Shown here piece by piece: positions 1 to 12,074 of a DNA stretch of 64,000 nt. The notes beneath the pieces were generated by a model, which searched no databases, was not told where the DNA came from, and saw only the letters and a program-made list of their open reading frames with translations. Numbering within the stretch: the first letter of the stretch is position 1; each line of letters starts with the position of its first letter. Made by a program: the position numbers and the translations under genes. Origin of the DNA: Octopus sinensis (taxonomy: Eukaryota); NCBI RefSeq assembly GCF_006345805.1, contig NC_043011.1:50914464-50978463 (forward strand). Reading direction: 5' to 3'.

Positions 1-100
1 ATAGTAGAAGACACTTGCCCAAGGTGCCACGCAGTGGGACCGAACCCGGAACCATGTGGTTGGTAAGCAAGCTACTTACCACACAGCCACTACTGCGCCT
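1..100 (-). mobile_element. SINE family A head (tRNA-like + CORE-like), cut by window edge
   Basis: Reverse complement of the head seen at 11565 and 22371, with A-box TGGCTGTGTGG and B-box GGTTCGGTCCC. Confidence 0.85.
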
Positions 101-1729
101 ATATTATATCTGTCTACTTTTTGCTAATCTTGTACCTGCTTAGTCCCCATCAACTGTCTCTCTTGCCTATTTGGTACCCTCTTGCTTATAGCCCCCACAC
201 CTGTTTGCTGCACTATGCCATCTGTACACTGAGAGAATATTTTAGCTCTGGTCACTTACAAATCTGCTCCACCCCTTTGTAACATCAACTCTTGTTGATA
301 TCTCACTATTGGTATACTGATTACCCGCCACTTGTGCTCCTCACCACCAGCTAATATCACCCTCCATACGTCTTGTAACTTACTCTCCCTTCATTTCCTC
401 AGGCCATTCATTTTTGATAACACCAAACCACCACATTCTTTTATTTCTAACCATTTACACAACTATTCATCTCCCCACCCTGCTTTTACGGTCTCTCTCT
501 CCTCCATACAGTTACTCCAGTCACTGGGTACCTCTTTCATAGTCAGCTCCCCTTTTCTGGCTCACCTTAGTTCATCTATTGTCTTCTTTTTTCACCCAAA
601 CTATTGATCACACTATCCAGAAAAAGACTAAACAGTGAGAACCCTTTTGTCTCATAGGATACAATGCTATCTCAGGAGCATTAGTACAGTGACAAGATTC
701 ATTGAAGAAGCTCCATCAAGGACATGACAATCTTTCTAATGAGGTGCTATGATAAAATGCACCTACTATCCTTTGTCTTCAGTGTTAAGGACATCCAGCC
801 ATAGGATGCCAAAATAGAACATACTCTAACTCAAAGCCTCTTCATTCACTCCACCACCAAATCTTGGACTATATCACTTCTCATTTTGTGAATAATCTAT
901 GCCACTTCACCAACTTCAGAAGTTATTATCCTCAGTGATTTCAATGTTTATAGTGGTCTGGTGGGTTCTGCATGGACGTTCCCTAATGATTGATAACCTC
1001 TAAATCTCTAAATGCTATCCTGGAGTTGAACTTCATTGTGGAAACAGAAAGGAAGTCAATCAAACTGGTGGGGATGTGGAGCAGAAGACCCAGTTATTAC
1101 TTATGTAAGAGTAAGAACTAATTGAGAACATCCTGTCACAAGATTGGGGTGGGAGTGGGAATGCAGTGGTGGAGGGAACAACAACAACAGCAAGAATCTG
1201 AGGTGAAGACTGTGGTTGCTGCAGAGACTGAAGAAAGGTAGGAAATTGCAAAGAACAGTATAAGAAGAGGGGGATGGAGAAGTCCAGAATAAAAAAAGAA
1301 AAGAAAAGAAAAGAAAAAGCTGAAAGTCCTTCAAGAAGAGGTATTCACCATTCTGAGTGCAGGCATGAAAGCTAAAAGAGAACAAGCCACATGTTGTAAT
1401 GAAGGAAGTGACAGGGTTTCAATACCAGAAGTACCCAAATAATAAATAGCTGGTTGGTGAAGATCACATCAATAGTCCATTTACAGTCAAGAACAAGAGT
1501 GCTTAAGGATAATTCCAGATGATCCAGTTTGCAGAAGGTGTTTTACCCTTGTTTATTTTTCCATACAAATGTTTACACCTGTGTCAATACACGGTGCTAG
1601 GTTTTTGCCTCAATCCTATGTATCATATGTATGTGTTCATTCCCTCATTTTGTAACCTCTTTGTATTGAATGCATTAGTATTAATGACCAATGGAAGACT
1701 ACTACTACTGCTACTGCTACTACTAATGG

Positions 1730-2335
1730 GTGGCAACTTGGCAGAATTGTTAGGGCAGTGGAAAATGCACTTTATGCTGTTTGTTCTGGCACTTTACGTT
1801 GAGTTCAACCTTTCCTGACAATTTTGACCAATGCTCTTTCCTCAGAATTGCTGGCTTTGTATCTAAATCCTTACTAATAAGGTTGAAAGCTGGTAGCCTT
1901 GTTTGCTTAACATGTCAAACAAAATGCCCAGCAGCATTTCCTCTACTTCTATGTTCTGAGTTCACATTCCACTAAGATTAACTTTGCCTTTCATGTTTCT
2001 GAGGTTGACGAAATATGTACCAGCTGAGCAGTGGAGTTGATGTATCAACTCCCATCTCTTTGCTGGCTTTGTGCCAAAATTAGAAAGACTACTACTACTG
2101 CTACTGCTGCTGCTGCTAATACTACAGGCAGTGGCCTGGCAAAATCGTTAGCACAGAGAGAATGCAAAGAGCCATTTCTTCTGGATTCAAATTCCACCAG
2201 AGTTAACTTTGGCTTTTATCCATTGAGGGTAGTTAGAATGAGTACCAGTTGAGCATTAGATCGATATAATTGATCAGCTGCCCCCACCAATTTCAAGCCT
2301 TGTCCCTTTCTTGGAAAGAAATATTATTAATATCA
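1730..2335 (+). mobile_element. Cluster of three diverged SINE family B copies
   Basis: Repeated ...ggcagaa..gttag...ttctgagttcaaattcc...actttgcctttcat...gtaccag motif separated by (CTA/CTG)n runs. Confidence 0.7.
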
Positions 2336-2351
2336 TTAGTATTAATAAACA

Positions 2352-2563
2352 GCACCTGTGTCGGTGGCACATAAAAAACACCATCCAAGCGTGGCCGTCT
2401 GCCAGCCTCGTCTGGCACCTGTGTCGGTGGCACATAAAAAACACCATCCAAGCGTGGCCGTCTGCCAGCCTCGTCTGGCACCTGTGTCGGTGGCACATAA
2501 AAAACACCATCCGAGCGTGGCCGTTCGCCAGCCTCGTCTGGCACCTGTGTCGGTGGCACATAA
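2352..2563 (+). repeat. 63-bp tandem repeat, 3 full units plus a partial unit
   Basis: gcacctgtgtcggtggcacataaaa starts at 2352, 2415, 2478 and 2541. Confidence 0.95.
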
Positions 2564-2733
2564 AATCACCCACTACACTCTCGGAGTGGTTGGTGTTAGG
2601 AAGGGCATCCAGCTGTAGAAACACTGCCAGATCTGACTGGACTGGTGCAGCCTTCGGGCTCCCCAGACCCCAGTTGAACCATCCAACCCATGCTAGCATG
2701 GAAAGCGGACGTTAAACGATGATGATGATGATG
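2352..2733 (+). mobile_element. Family C non-autonomous retroposon with (GAT)n tail and internal 63-bp tandem units
   Basis: Body ggttggYgttaggaagggcatccagc...ccatgctagcatggaaagcggacgttaaa(YGA/GAT)n recurs at about 31130, 42780 and 57330. Confidence 0.9.
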
Positions 2734-3288
2734 AATAACCACAACTGAACAACCAGCTGATACATTATACTTATCTAAAAAAATCTCCCCTTCTTAGAGG
2801 AGGTAAACACTGCAGATGTTTATACTTTACATGTTCTCAGAACATCTGATGTGTTGTTTATTTGTAAACTTTTCCTTTGCAATTTTAACTAGACATCTTA
2901 CTTCACACAGAGATATCATGTGACAGTAGCATTGCTCACAATCACCACAAGCCACAGCTTCTTGACATCCCCTTTCTTGAGACTGTTTCAAGGCTGAACC
3001 AGCTGGCAGTCTCCACGTTTCCATATACATCACAAAACTTAAATGGACAAAGCCATTTTTAAAAAAATTGCCTTATTTGTTTTCCTACTTGCCTCAATGC
3101 AGTAAATCAATATCCAGCACTGTCTGCAGCTGTGAACTCAAAAGGGTTAACCCATTGATTCTGTTATTTACATGTCCTAAGACAAAATGTAGGAGAAAGT
3201 AAGTTTCCTTTCCATCCAGCACCCAACTAAACCCCACGATTTTATAATCCACTAACTCCTAAATGTTTTACCAAAAAAAACTGGTGTC

Positions 3289-3665
3289 TCTTTTACTCAT
3301 TTCAGTCATTTGACTGGGAGCACCGCCTTTATAGTCAAGCAAATCGACCCCAGAGCTTATGCTTTGTAAGCCTAGTACTTATTCTATTGGCCTCTTTTGC
3401 TGAACCGCTTAAGTCATGGGGACATAAACACACCAGCATCGGTTATCAAGTGATGCTGGGGGGGGGGGACAAACAGACATATATATATATATATACACAT
3501 ATATATGACGAGCTTCTTTCAGTTTCTGTCTACCAAATCCACTCACAAGGCTTTGGTCGGCCCGAGGCTATAGTAGAAGACATTTGCCCAAGGTGCCATG
3601 CAGTGGGACTGAACCCGGGACCATGTGGTTGGCAAGCAAGCTACTTACCACACAGCCGCTCCTGT
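3289..3665 (-). mobile_element. SINE family A, near full length
   Basis: Reverse complement of the 22371 copy, including the central (TA)n and the ...aatgactgaaa..agtaaaagag tail. Confidence 0.9.
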
Positions 3666-3872
3666 CATTTCCAAAAGAGATAAACATTAAGGCTATACAT
3701 TTGAGTAGTAAAATAAGACTAGGTGTTTCACTTTATTCAATGTTATTGAAATTTACTTAACATACACAAACTCTACCTACCAACTCAAATGCTAAATCAG
3801 ACAGCTAAGCCAAGTCAGCAAGAGAACCACTATACAATCTGATAGAAACAGCCTCAAATGAAACACTACAAT

Positions 3873-4095
3873 CTTAACCTTTTCGTTATCATATTTCTGC
3901 TGAAATAAACTTTGTTTCAATTAATTTATTTTTAAATAATGAAGAATTTAGAAAAATTACTTTTGTCATTACCAAGCCGGTGTTTGGAACACAAATGAAA
4001 CATGAAATTTTGATGGAAAATTTTAATTACTTTGAAATAGGAAGTTTGTATCACAGAAGTAACGGCAGCATCTAATGGGTTGGTATAAAAAGGCA
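3873..4095. mobile_element. piggyBac-like MITE family D, diverged
   Basis: Begins ttaaccttttcgttatc and shares the internal atgaaattttgatggaa motif with 21924, 36861 and 63490. Confidence 0.65.
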
Positions 4096-4857
4096 AGACA
4101 CATTGGACAGTGAGGCTCCTAATATACAGAAGATAAGATTGTCAGATTGAATATGTTTGATCATATGTCTATTTAAGGAAGACTGACCTGGAGCTAAACA
4201 ACAACAAAAATCTGGTTTCATAAAGGACTTGTATCTTTGTATTTCCTATCAATAAAAACTAATTAACATTTATCATTATCACTTGACACCACATGATAAT
4301 TACAGCTACTAAATAAAACAACCTTCTCTACACATGCCATCTCCCCTTTGCTTTTTGTAGTTACTTCAGAGATCTTTGTTGGCCTTATGCCACTTCCAGT
4401 CTGCAGCCCACCTACTAAATACTCCGCCTAATTCTCCCTCTTCAGAATGTTGGCCCTTTGGAGTTGCCTTTCTGGACATGTTTTGCCCACAGCTGTCAAC
4501 TTACATCACAGCTCAAAATGAAAGTTAATAGTGTCAATCTCATTGGTCTCAGAAGGCCTACAAATGTCATGGACGTATACAGCTCCTTCTTTCAGAAACA
4601 TAAGCAAACATCCAACATATATTACAGATAGTCATTCACTATTACAACAATGAAACAAAGTTCCCTGGTTAGATCCTTCTCACTAATTCTCTGACCTTCT
4701 TTAATCAAACTAATTAATCTGAAATATTTAACTGAGTATACTGACCTTAAAAATGTTAACATCTCAAAATCATATCTAATATAGCTAATCAATGAAAACA
4801 ACACCCTGATACCCAAATGTGACCCCTTCACTACTCAGCACATGCTACACACCTCAA

Positions 4858-5094
4858 TCATCATCATTATTCGACCGTGGTCGAGAAAATGGAATTTACC
4901 ATGCTACGCCAGACTTCACGGTCCATCATAGCATTACGGAGGTCCTGTTGCTGGATGCCTGTATCCCTGGAGATTACATCAGGGTAGGAGAGTGTGTGCC
5001 CTCTGGTGTTGCGAGTAGATGGCTTCCAGAGGAGAAGAGTAGAAATTGCCTCATTTTCAGCTCTACAACAATGTCCAGCAAACTGGATTCTCCT
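4858..5094 (-). mobile_element. 5'-truncated RTE/RTE-X-like LINE 3' end, open reading frame, 7-bp TSD
   Basis: Minus frame 5094-4867 reads RRIQFAGHCCRAENEAISTLLLWKP...SYPDVISRDTG...DLRNAMMDREVWRSMV...*, a typical RTE-group ORF C-terminus. It is followed by a (TGA)n tail and flanked by acctcaa at 4851-4857 and 5095-5101. Confidence 0.88.
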
Positions 5095-5536
5095 ACCTCA
5101 AACATGTTGACAAAAGCAAAGATGTTGGCTCTGACATGTGAATCATCTGACTAAACTACCGGCCTAGAGACAGGATCCATCCAACACTAACTACCTACAT
5201 CAGAAATATTCGGACATTGATGACTAACTCAGTGTCACCTCTAACTACTTAGTATTTGCACCAACAAGTTCAAATACTATAGTTCTCACTTAATCATTCC
5301 AGTGCTTTAAAAAAATTGAAGGACACACCAGATAATATAGTTCTAGGATACAGCATGTCTGAAAAAAAAAATCCCACAAAAACAAAAACAAACACGTTTT
5401 ACCATAAGTTTACCCAGCCAGGGCTGATCTGGGCCTAAGTCACAACAATAATATACATTTGTTAACAATATGCACTTTGCACTATTGTTCTTAAACATAA
5501 TATAAACACCCACTTGTCAGGATTACATACAATCTT

Positions 5537-5752
5537 TAATCCTTTTGATACCACACTTGGTTCTACAACATGAACTCCCTGTTTAAAAGTGATCATAATT
5601 CAAACTTTCCATCAAAATTCGATGCTAATTCATGTTCCAGTCACCAGCTTAATAATGACAAAGTTATTACAATAAATTCTTTATTATTTTCCAGATAAAT
5701 TAATTGGAACAAAGACTGTGTATTTCATCAAAAATATGGTAACAAGGATTAA
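5537..5752. mobile_element. piggyBac-like MITE family D
   Basis: ttaatccttttgatacc...ggtaacaaggattaa, with the same internal sequence as 36861. Confidence 0.7.
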
Positions 5753-7523
5753 ACAACTGTTTTGAAATGCTCTGTATCAATATCATCACATGCTTCCTTT
5801 TGCAACCTGATATGGTATGGATGTGGATGAAATAATTAGTGTTGGGAAAAAATGTCCAGCAGTATTGGTTTACATTCTAAGTTTAAATACTGACGCAGTT
5901 GATTTTGTTTTTTTATCTACCTGGGGTTGATACAATAAGTAGTCAACACAAAGTGTGAGTTTAAGCCACTTTACTCCTCCTCGTGATCAGGTGAAACCAT
6001 AACCATTTTAAGACTAATCTGTACAATAGAGATGACTGAGTGAGTGAGATTTGGTGTTCCTTGCATTCTAATAGAAACAAACAGCCCTTACTTTTAAGAA
6101 CAGAGATAGTTGTATAAAGGCATATTAGACAGAAAGTAGCTTAGAATGAAGGTGCTGGGAATATGGGGGAATCAGAGCACAAGGAAAAGTGGCTGATAAC
6201 TAATATGAAGAAATTATCATCACCATAACATGTGGGTTGAACAGATCTGAAACATGGTATAATACTAGCATTTCTAATTCAATGTTATTGCATCTGCCAA
6301 ACACTGGCTCTATTAGAAATTACCTCAGAACCATACATGGGTCTTCCTCTGCCACAGGTTAGGAAGGTTCAGTGAAAGGTTAATCACGAAATCCCTAATG
6401 TAAACACAGTGGCCTTCCTGCTTCAACAACAACAGCAGCAGTAGCTGCTGTAACCACCAACACAACAAAGGTGCCTATTCAAAATATATTCCACCTTAAA
6501 CATACTCAATACAAGTACATTCTGTAATCCTCCTGTTACAGCTAATCTAATAATACTAAAAACATGGCACAATTCTTATCCTTTCTTTAATAACTGCACT
6601 TTGAAAAATCCCTTGTTATTCCAATTTTGCCCAAAACTACTGGTTTGCAATAAACAGTTGAAACTAAGTACCAAACATATTTAACCTCAAGCAATTATTA
6701 TAGATTCTTAATTAAGAACTGAAAAGCTAGGACCACTGCCTCTCTTCATTAGAATTACAAAGAAGGGAAATAACTTTGGAGACAAAACATTGAATGTTTT
6801 ACACTGAAAACAACCATTTTCGCAAGATATCAAAAGAATCAGTGTCTCCAAAAAATACAAATGAATCTGATTACACACAGAAATGCTTATATATTATACT
6901 TAACACATTGTCACTATATTTCTGATAATGAGGTTGTTTGTGTGTTTCAGTTCATTTCCAGTATAATAAGGACTTGGGAAAAGTGAAAAAATATCCGTAA
7001 CTTTACATACTATGAGTATATATTGCGCGAGTGTTGAGCAACCAAAATCTCGTGATTTTCATTCAGGTTGTGATTGGTTTTAAGTATAAACATTTTAATA
7101 TGTCATTTTAATTTTCTTGCAAAATGTATAACCACCAAAATACTATAATCCATATGAAATTGTTAATACAGAAAATACATATTTGCACTAGTTTTAAGTT
7201 TGAATTGCAAAGGTGCATTACCACAGTCTATTCAGCTGTAAATGAGGACCAGCCAGATACTGATGCAGCTCTCTCTTTCCCCCATGCTGACACATCTTCA
7301 ATGTTCTGCTAGGTCAAGAACGAGTGCCATGACTGTGTCTGTATTGCTTTGCAACTACATAGGTACGTAAACAATTAGCAAAAGAGCTGTACAAATTATC
7401 AGGTCACACTCATTTGTGAGTGACAGCTAAGCTTCCCACCACCTTCACTTAGTTGCCTGATGGCCTTCAAAAAAATAACATGAACATCACACACATAGAC
7501 ACATGATTGCAGCAATGATTTAC

Positions 7524-7620
7524 CTGTTGTTGGCTCGGGGGTACATTGGCTGAGAGATGTCCTGTCTGTTGTACTCCATGGTGACTATGATGTGGTGTGT
7601 GATGGTTACTCGGGTTCACC
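7524..7620 (-). CDS. SIN3A: SIN3A-like coding exon (VNPSNHHTPHHSHHGVQQTGHLSANVPPSQQQ)
   Basis: Acceptor tctcttttgtttgtacacag| and donor CAG|GTAAAT. 97 nt, phase 2 in (completes CCG Pro) and phase 0 out; this is the only frame open across the exon. The His-rich stretch ending in QQQ parallels the SIN3A segment before FQRLKVEDAL (PAH1). Confidence 0.87.
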
Positions 7621-8422
7621 CTGTGTACAAACAAAAGAGAATGTATTGAGTCTGGAATCTCATTAAAATTTCAGAAAAGTTTTTAAACTTAGTTTTAACA
7701 AGTTCTATATGAGATTTTGCCTTTCATCCTTTCAGGAGGTTCATAAATAAAGTACCAGCTAAGAGTGGTGGATGGGCAGAAAAGTAAGAGCATCATATGC
7801 AATATCTACATTTATCTGTTTGGTTATTCACATTATGATGGCAATACTTGCAACGATACTGACACCAAGTGGTATAGATCCTTGCCTTTTCCCCCCACAA
7901 CAAACAACATTGGTGATGTGGACAAGGTATGTGTGGGTAAGCTGCTGGAAAAAAAAATTGCACCTTCAACAAGAACTTTCCAGGGAAAGATCCAAAGACT
8001 CATATGACATACAGAGTCCTAGATCTACAACATAAAGTAATGGTAAATTTATATAGACCAGAGAACTAATGAACAAGTTGGTCTATTATCAATACCATGT
8101 TGTCCACCACCAACTAGATACGTTGTCGTTCAGTGCTGAATTCAGCACCTCATCTCCATCAGAAAAAAATGATAAGTGTAACAGCCAACTGAATTATTAC
8201 AGGTTAGGGAGTATATTTTAGCTGCCTGGCCCCAGCTTTACTCTATGAGTCTTTAATTCAGAAATAGATTAGCTTTATAATACAGCAACAAACAAACATA
8301 AATGATATATAGATTAAGGGCCAAGATCTTAATGTAAAGTGATGTTAGACAATACAAGCACCAATCTGATAGAAAAAAAGGACAGACGAGGCTCTCAGAA
8401 TGGGTTAAAATTGTGTACTTAC

Positions 8423-8541
8423 GGGTAATTTTGCACAGAGTACTGTAACCCAGAGGGCATGTTATTAACAGGTTCAAATCTTTGACTGGTTTGAACCAAA
8501 CCAGAATACGATTCACTTGGATTAGGAGGCCTTTGTTGCTG
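8423..8541 (-). CDS. SIN3A: SIN3A-like coding exon (QQQRPPNPSESYSGLVQTSQRFEPVNNMPSGLQYSVQNY-P)
   Basis: Acceptor tttctttcttttgtttttag| and donor CCC|GTAAGT. 119 nt, phase 0 in and phase 2 out, open frame. SGLQYSV resembles SIN3A TGIQYSV. Confidence 0.88.
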
Positions 8542-9756
8542 CTAAAAACAAAAGAAAGAAACAGAAAATTAAATTAATGTAAACAATAGCAATATATACA
8601 TAGATAACATCTACATAATTTGGGTGTTTTTTATTTTTGTTTGTTTTGATTAGAATTGATAATTATTGCAATTATTTACACATTATATTGTACTCTCTAT
8701 GCCCTTATTTAACCTGTAAATTGTAACAGGACCAGATCAGAACTAGGGTTATAAACATAAGGAACTAAGGGAAAGTTGAGAGACCCCAAAAAAGATTTTG
8801 TATACTTGATTTTTGTTGTATAATAAACTTGTCCCATTTATGACAACATAGAAACAATATGTTTTGCAATATTATTTAATTTTATTTCTAAATACATCAA
8901 ATCTAAAATTTGCAGCTAGTATTAGTTAATCAAGGAGTTTCTCTGCTTTCACTGACTACAGAGATCTTTCATAATCAGTTCCAGGAATTCATTAGATGTT
9001 TAGATAATATGAGATTTCAAGTTATCATTCAAGGACATATTGAAAAGAAATGAAATGGGAGTACTAGCCCCAGAACTCATTGAAAGTACTTCCTTTTAAT
9101 ATTCATTAACTGCTAGAGATTCAAGTTAAATACCCCTAAAATCATACTGTATCAACTTAACAAAAAAAGGACACATTAGATCAAGTAGCCTTCAATATAT
9201 CTGACTAAAACACTGAAACATCTTTGATCATGATCACAGGTGTACTCAATCAGGGCTGAACAACAATTGTGCAAGAATCATAGATTACATAAGGAATCAC
9301 CTATTGAAACACTAAACTCAGGTGATTCCACAACAAATCATTTCACTAACTGGACCATTACTTAAAAATTAATCAACCCAAATGAATAAATACCTGGGTC
9401 CCCAAGCTTTAAATGTGTCATCTGCAACAGTTTATATGACATTATGGCTGACCCTTTTGTCACCATATCTATGTTGAAATACACTGCCTTTGTTTCAAAT
9501 AATTTGGAAAATAAGGAAGAATTTATTCAAATAACATGTCATTATTTGGCTCAGAATATAAGTTAAAATGAAATTTTGATGGAAGGTTTTAAATTAGATA
9601 ACTTTAAAATAAGGAATTCATATCAAAGACATGAGGATGGTTTCATTTTAAAGGCTCAAACATAGGTGACTAATGACACAACAGCAAGTTCACAAACTAA
9701 ATCTTGAAATACAACAGTCAAATTAATTGAAGGAAGCAACACTCAAGAAATGTATA

Positions 9757-9960
9757 TTGTCATTTAGCCCCAGAACAAACCTGATCAAGCAGAGGTATGT
9801 CATTCTGGCTGTGACCACTCAGTCTTTGCTTTTGGATACAATGTATTTAAGACTACATTATATAATGTGTCTTTCCATTTCATTTTCTTAAAGGCAGAAT
9901 GAGGTAATTTGCAGGAGAATTGACTGCTGTTTCTGGTAGGACAAAAAACCTGGTTGTCTT
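9757..9960 (-). mobile_element. Old dispersed repeat family F (representative copy)
   Basis: Diverged match to the recurring ttgtttagccccaggtcagccctgat..gcagacctat...gatttggctgctatttctagcagg motif. Other copies lie near 13120, 22900, 26380, 28430, 35640, 37390, 40680, 49255, 50960, 54130 and 61200, and several end in (AAC)n. Confidence 0.6.
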
Positions 9961-10959
9961 GTAATGAAATATATATATATATATATATATTCTGCTATAG
10001 ATGCAACACAGGATTTTAACCTATGGTCTTGCATTGCTGTGCATCCACTATAAGTTATGAAGAAATAGGTGACATACAAAATGATGATTCTTGATACGAC
10101 TAGGACAATGTTTTAGCCACTACTTTGAAGGATTATAATTATATAACAGATACAATGTGCTCTGCTGGGGTAAATAATAGCTGTCTATTACTTCAGTGGG
10201 TGAGGTGAGGTCAACAGAATATACAAATGATTGATTCACTCAGTTATATACTCCTACAAGAAACACAAGCAATAAATAATGATTATAGTTAGTGTAGCAA
10301 CCCAAGAAGTCTCAGCCACCACAGCATGACACCAAGGTGAGTTAATGGGGCAATATATCATAAAGGATGTCAACCAGCTGCCTGGGGCCATCTTTAACAC
10401 TTCTAAGTAAACAATAAAGATTTTTGCCATATTTGAACAAGACTTCAAATTGTGGTAAAGTGTGTGGAGGATATTATTCTATCAACCCCATGGGTATAAA
10501 ATAAATAATAAACTCCAGTGAGGTCTGAATTCACAGATGGGGAAAAACTAAATACTGTAACACAATAAATCTGTTATTTCACTTCTCTCTCTCACCCCCA
10601 CCCACCCCAACTCATATGGACTCGTGTGAGATTTCAACATATGAACATCTAGTTTTCAATCAACTGAACAATCTACTGAGTTAGCAAGCAAAGTGGCTGA
10701 GTATTCCAGACACGTCTACTCTACAAATAACTATCAAAGAGAACCAGTGTGGTACTGTGTGGCAAGTGTGGACTTTTGAATCACAAGTACAGTCTATCCG
10801 GACAAGCTGTTCCATTCACCCAGTTTTGTGTCTATGACTTGGGTTGACTCAAGGTTATGGTACAGACATTTACTCCAAATACTACAGTGGGATCAAATTT
10901 TGGACCTCAGGGTTGTGAAGTGAACTTCTTAACTACATAACCATGCCTGTCTGTGAGTG

Positions 10960-11315
10960 TGCTTCCCAACCATTTGGTTTCAGGTTCAGTCCCACTGTGC
11001 AGCACCTTGGACAAAGTGTCTTTTACTATAGTTCTGGGCCTAACAAATCCTTGTTAGTGGATTTAGTAGAAACTGGAAGACACCCATTGTGTGCGTGTGT
11101 TGCACTCGTCTTGAAATCATGTGATGGTTGTAAACAAGCCTCACTATCATACAAGTGGTGTTGTTCATTTTCAGTATCTCATGAAAAACATGTCTTGCTA
11201 TGGAAGGAATACTACCTTACTTGGAAACAGGTAAGGGTTGGCAAATCTGCCTCAACAAATTCCTTCTGATCTATGCAAACATGGAAAAGTGGATACAAAA
11301 ACAATGATGATGATA
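10960..11315 (+). mobile_element. SINE family A head with alternative (GAT)n-type tail
   Basis: Family A head followed by ttggaaacaggtaagggttggc...atgcaaacatggaaaagtgga...atgatgatg. Confidence 0.75.
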
Positions 11316-11564
11316 TATACAACAATAAATGATAGATAAAAGATAGGTATTTACAGCAAATTTGGACACACAGCTTTGGTAATTTCGTCTGTAGTCGTAT
11401 ATCATTATGATCAACAAAATAGCAGCAATCCTTGCAACTAGCATTTAAACTCTTTTGATACAAATCTACTCAAAACCACCACCACTGACTCTGTTAATAC
11501 AAAACTTTCCATCATAACTTTATCTAAGAACCTTCTGTTGTTCTAAAGATCAGTTTAACATACT

Positions 11565-11724
11565 AGGAGTGGCTGTGTGGTAAGTAGCTTGCTAACCAAC
11601 CACATGGTTGTGGGTTCAGTCACACTGCGCGGCATCTTGGGCAAGTGTCTTCTGCTATAGCCCCGGGCCGACCAATGCCTTGTGAGTGGATTTGGTAGAC
11701 AGAAACTGAAAGAAGCCTGTCGTA

Positions 11725-11755
<31 letters not shown>

Positions 11756-11958
11756 CTGTGTGTGTGTGTTTGTGTGTCTAGCATTGCTTGACAACCGATG
11801 CTGGTGTGTTTACGTCCCCGTCACTTAGCAGTTCGGCAAAAGAGACCGATAGAATAAGTACAGGGCTTACAAAGAATAAGTCCCGACTAAAGGCGGTGCT
11901 CCAGCATGGCCACAGTCAAATGACTGAAACAAGTAAAAGAGTAAAGAGTAAAGAGTAA
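11565..11958 (+). mobile_element. SINE family A, near full length
   Basis: tRNA-like head with A/B boxes, cttgggcaagtgtcttct CORE-like segment, (TA)n(TG)n middle and (AAAGAGT)n tail. Confidence 0.92.
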
Positions 11959-12074
11959 GTTAGTTAATTAACTACCTCTCCCCAACAATTCTTAATTATT
12001 TTCAAAATTAATTCAAACTCCATGGGTTTGAATTAATTAAAAATGCCAGAAAAGATAGTTAATGAAATGTATTC

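Noticed and set aside
900-1500. Possible APE endonuclease remnants (SEVIILSDFNV on plus, TIDVIFTN on minus)
   Set aside because: Single short motifs on opposite strands; too degraded to call.
2401-2440. Resemblance of gccagcctcgtctggc to the HDV ribozyme P3/L3
   Set aside because: I could not build matching P1, P1.1 and P2 helices.
2274-2715. Overlapping ORFs on both strands and a CRISPR-like look
   Set aside because: The 63-bp unit is a multiple of 3 and the would-be spacers are near-identical. It is a retroposon-internal tandem repeat with no cas genes and a eukaryotic context.
4819-5154. 111-aa plus-strand ORF
   Set aside because: Antisense shadow of the LINE fragment.
1-7523. Next Sin3a exon (expected FQRLKVEDALSYL)
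   Set aside because: Not found by eye in this interval; it probably lies outside the window, though a very short exon could have been missed.
7524-7579. Alternative reading MEYNRQDISQPMYPRANN from a perfect Kozak ACCATGG
   Set aside because: It is out of frame with the phase-compatible upstream exons and the SIN3A-like peptide, and it lies downstream of other ATGs.
11565-11640. tRNA gene
   Set aside because: A/B boxes are present, but there is no complete cloverleaf and it is the head of a multi-copy SINE.
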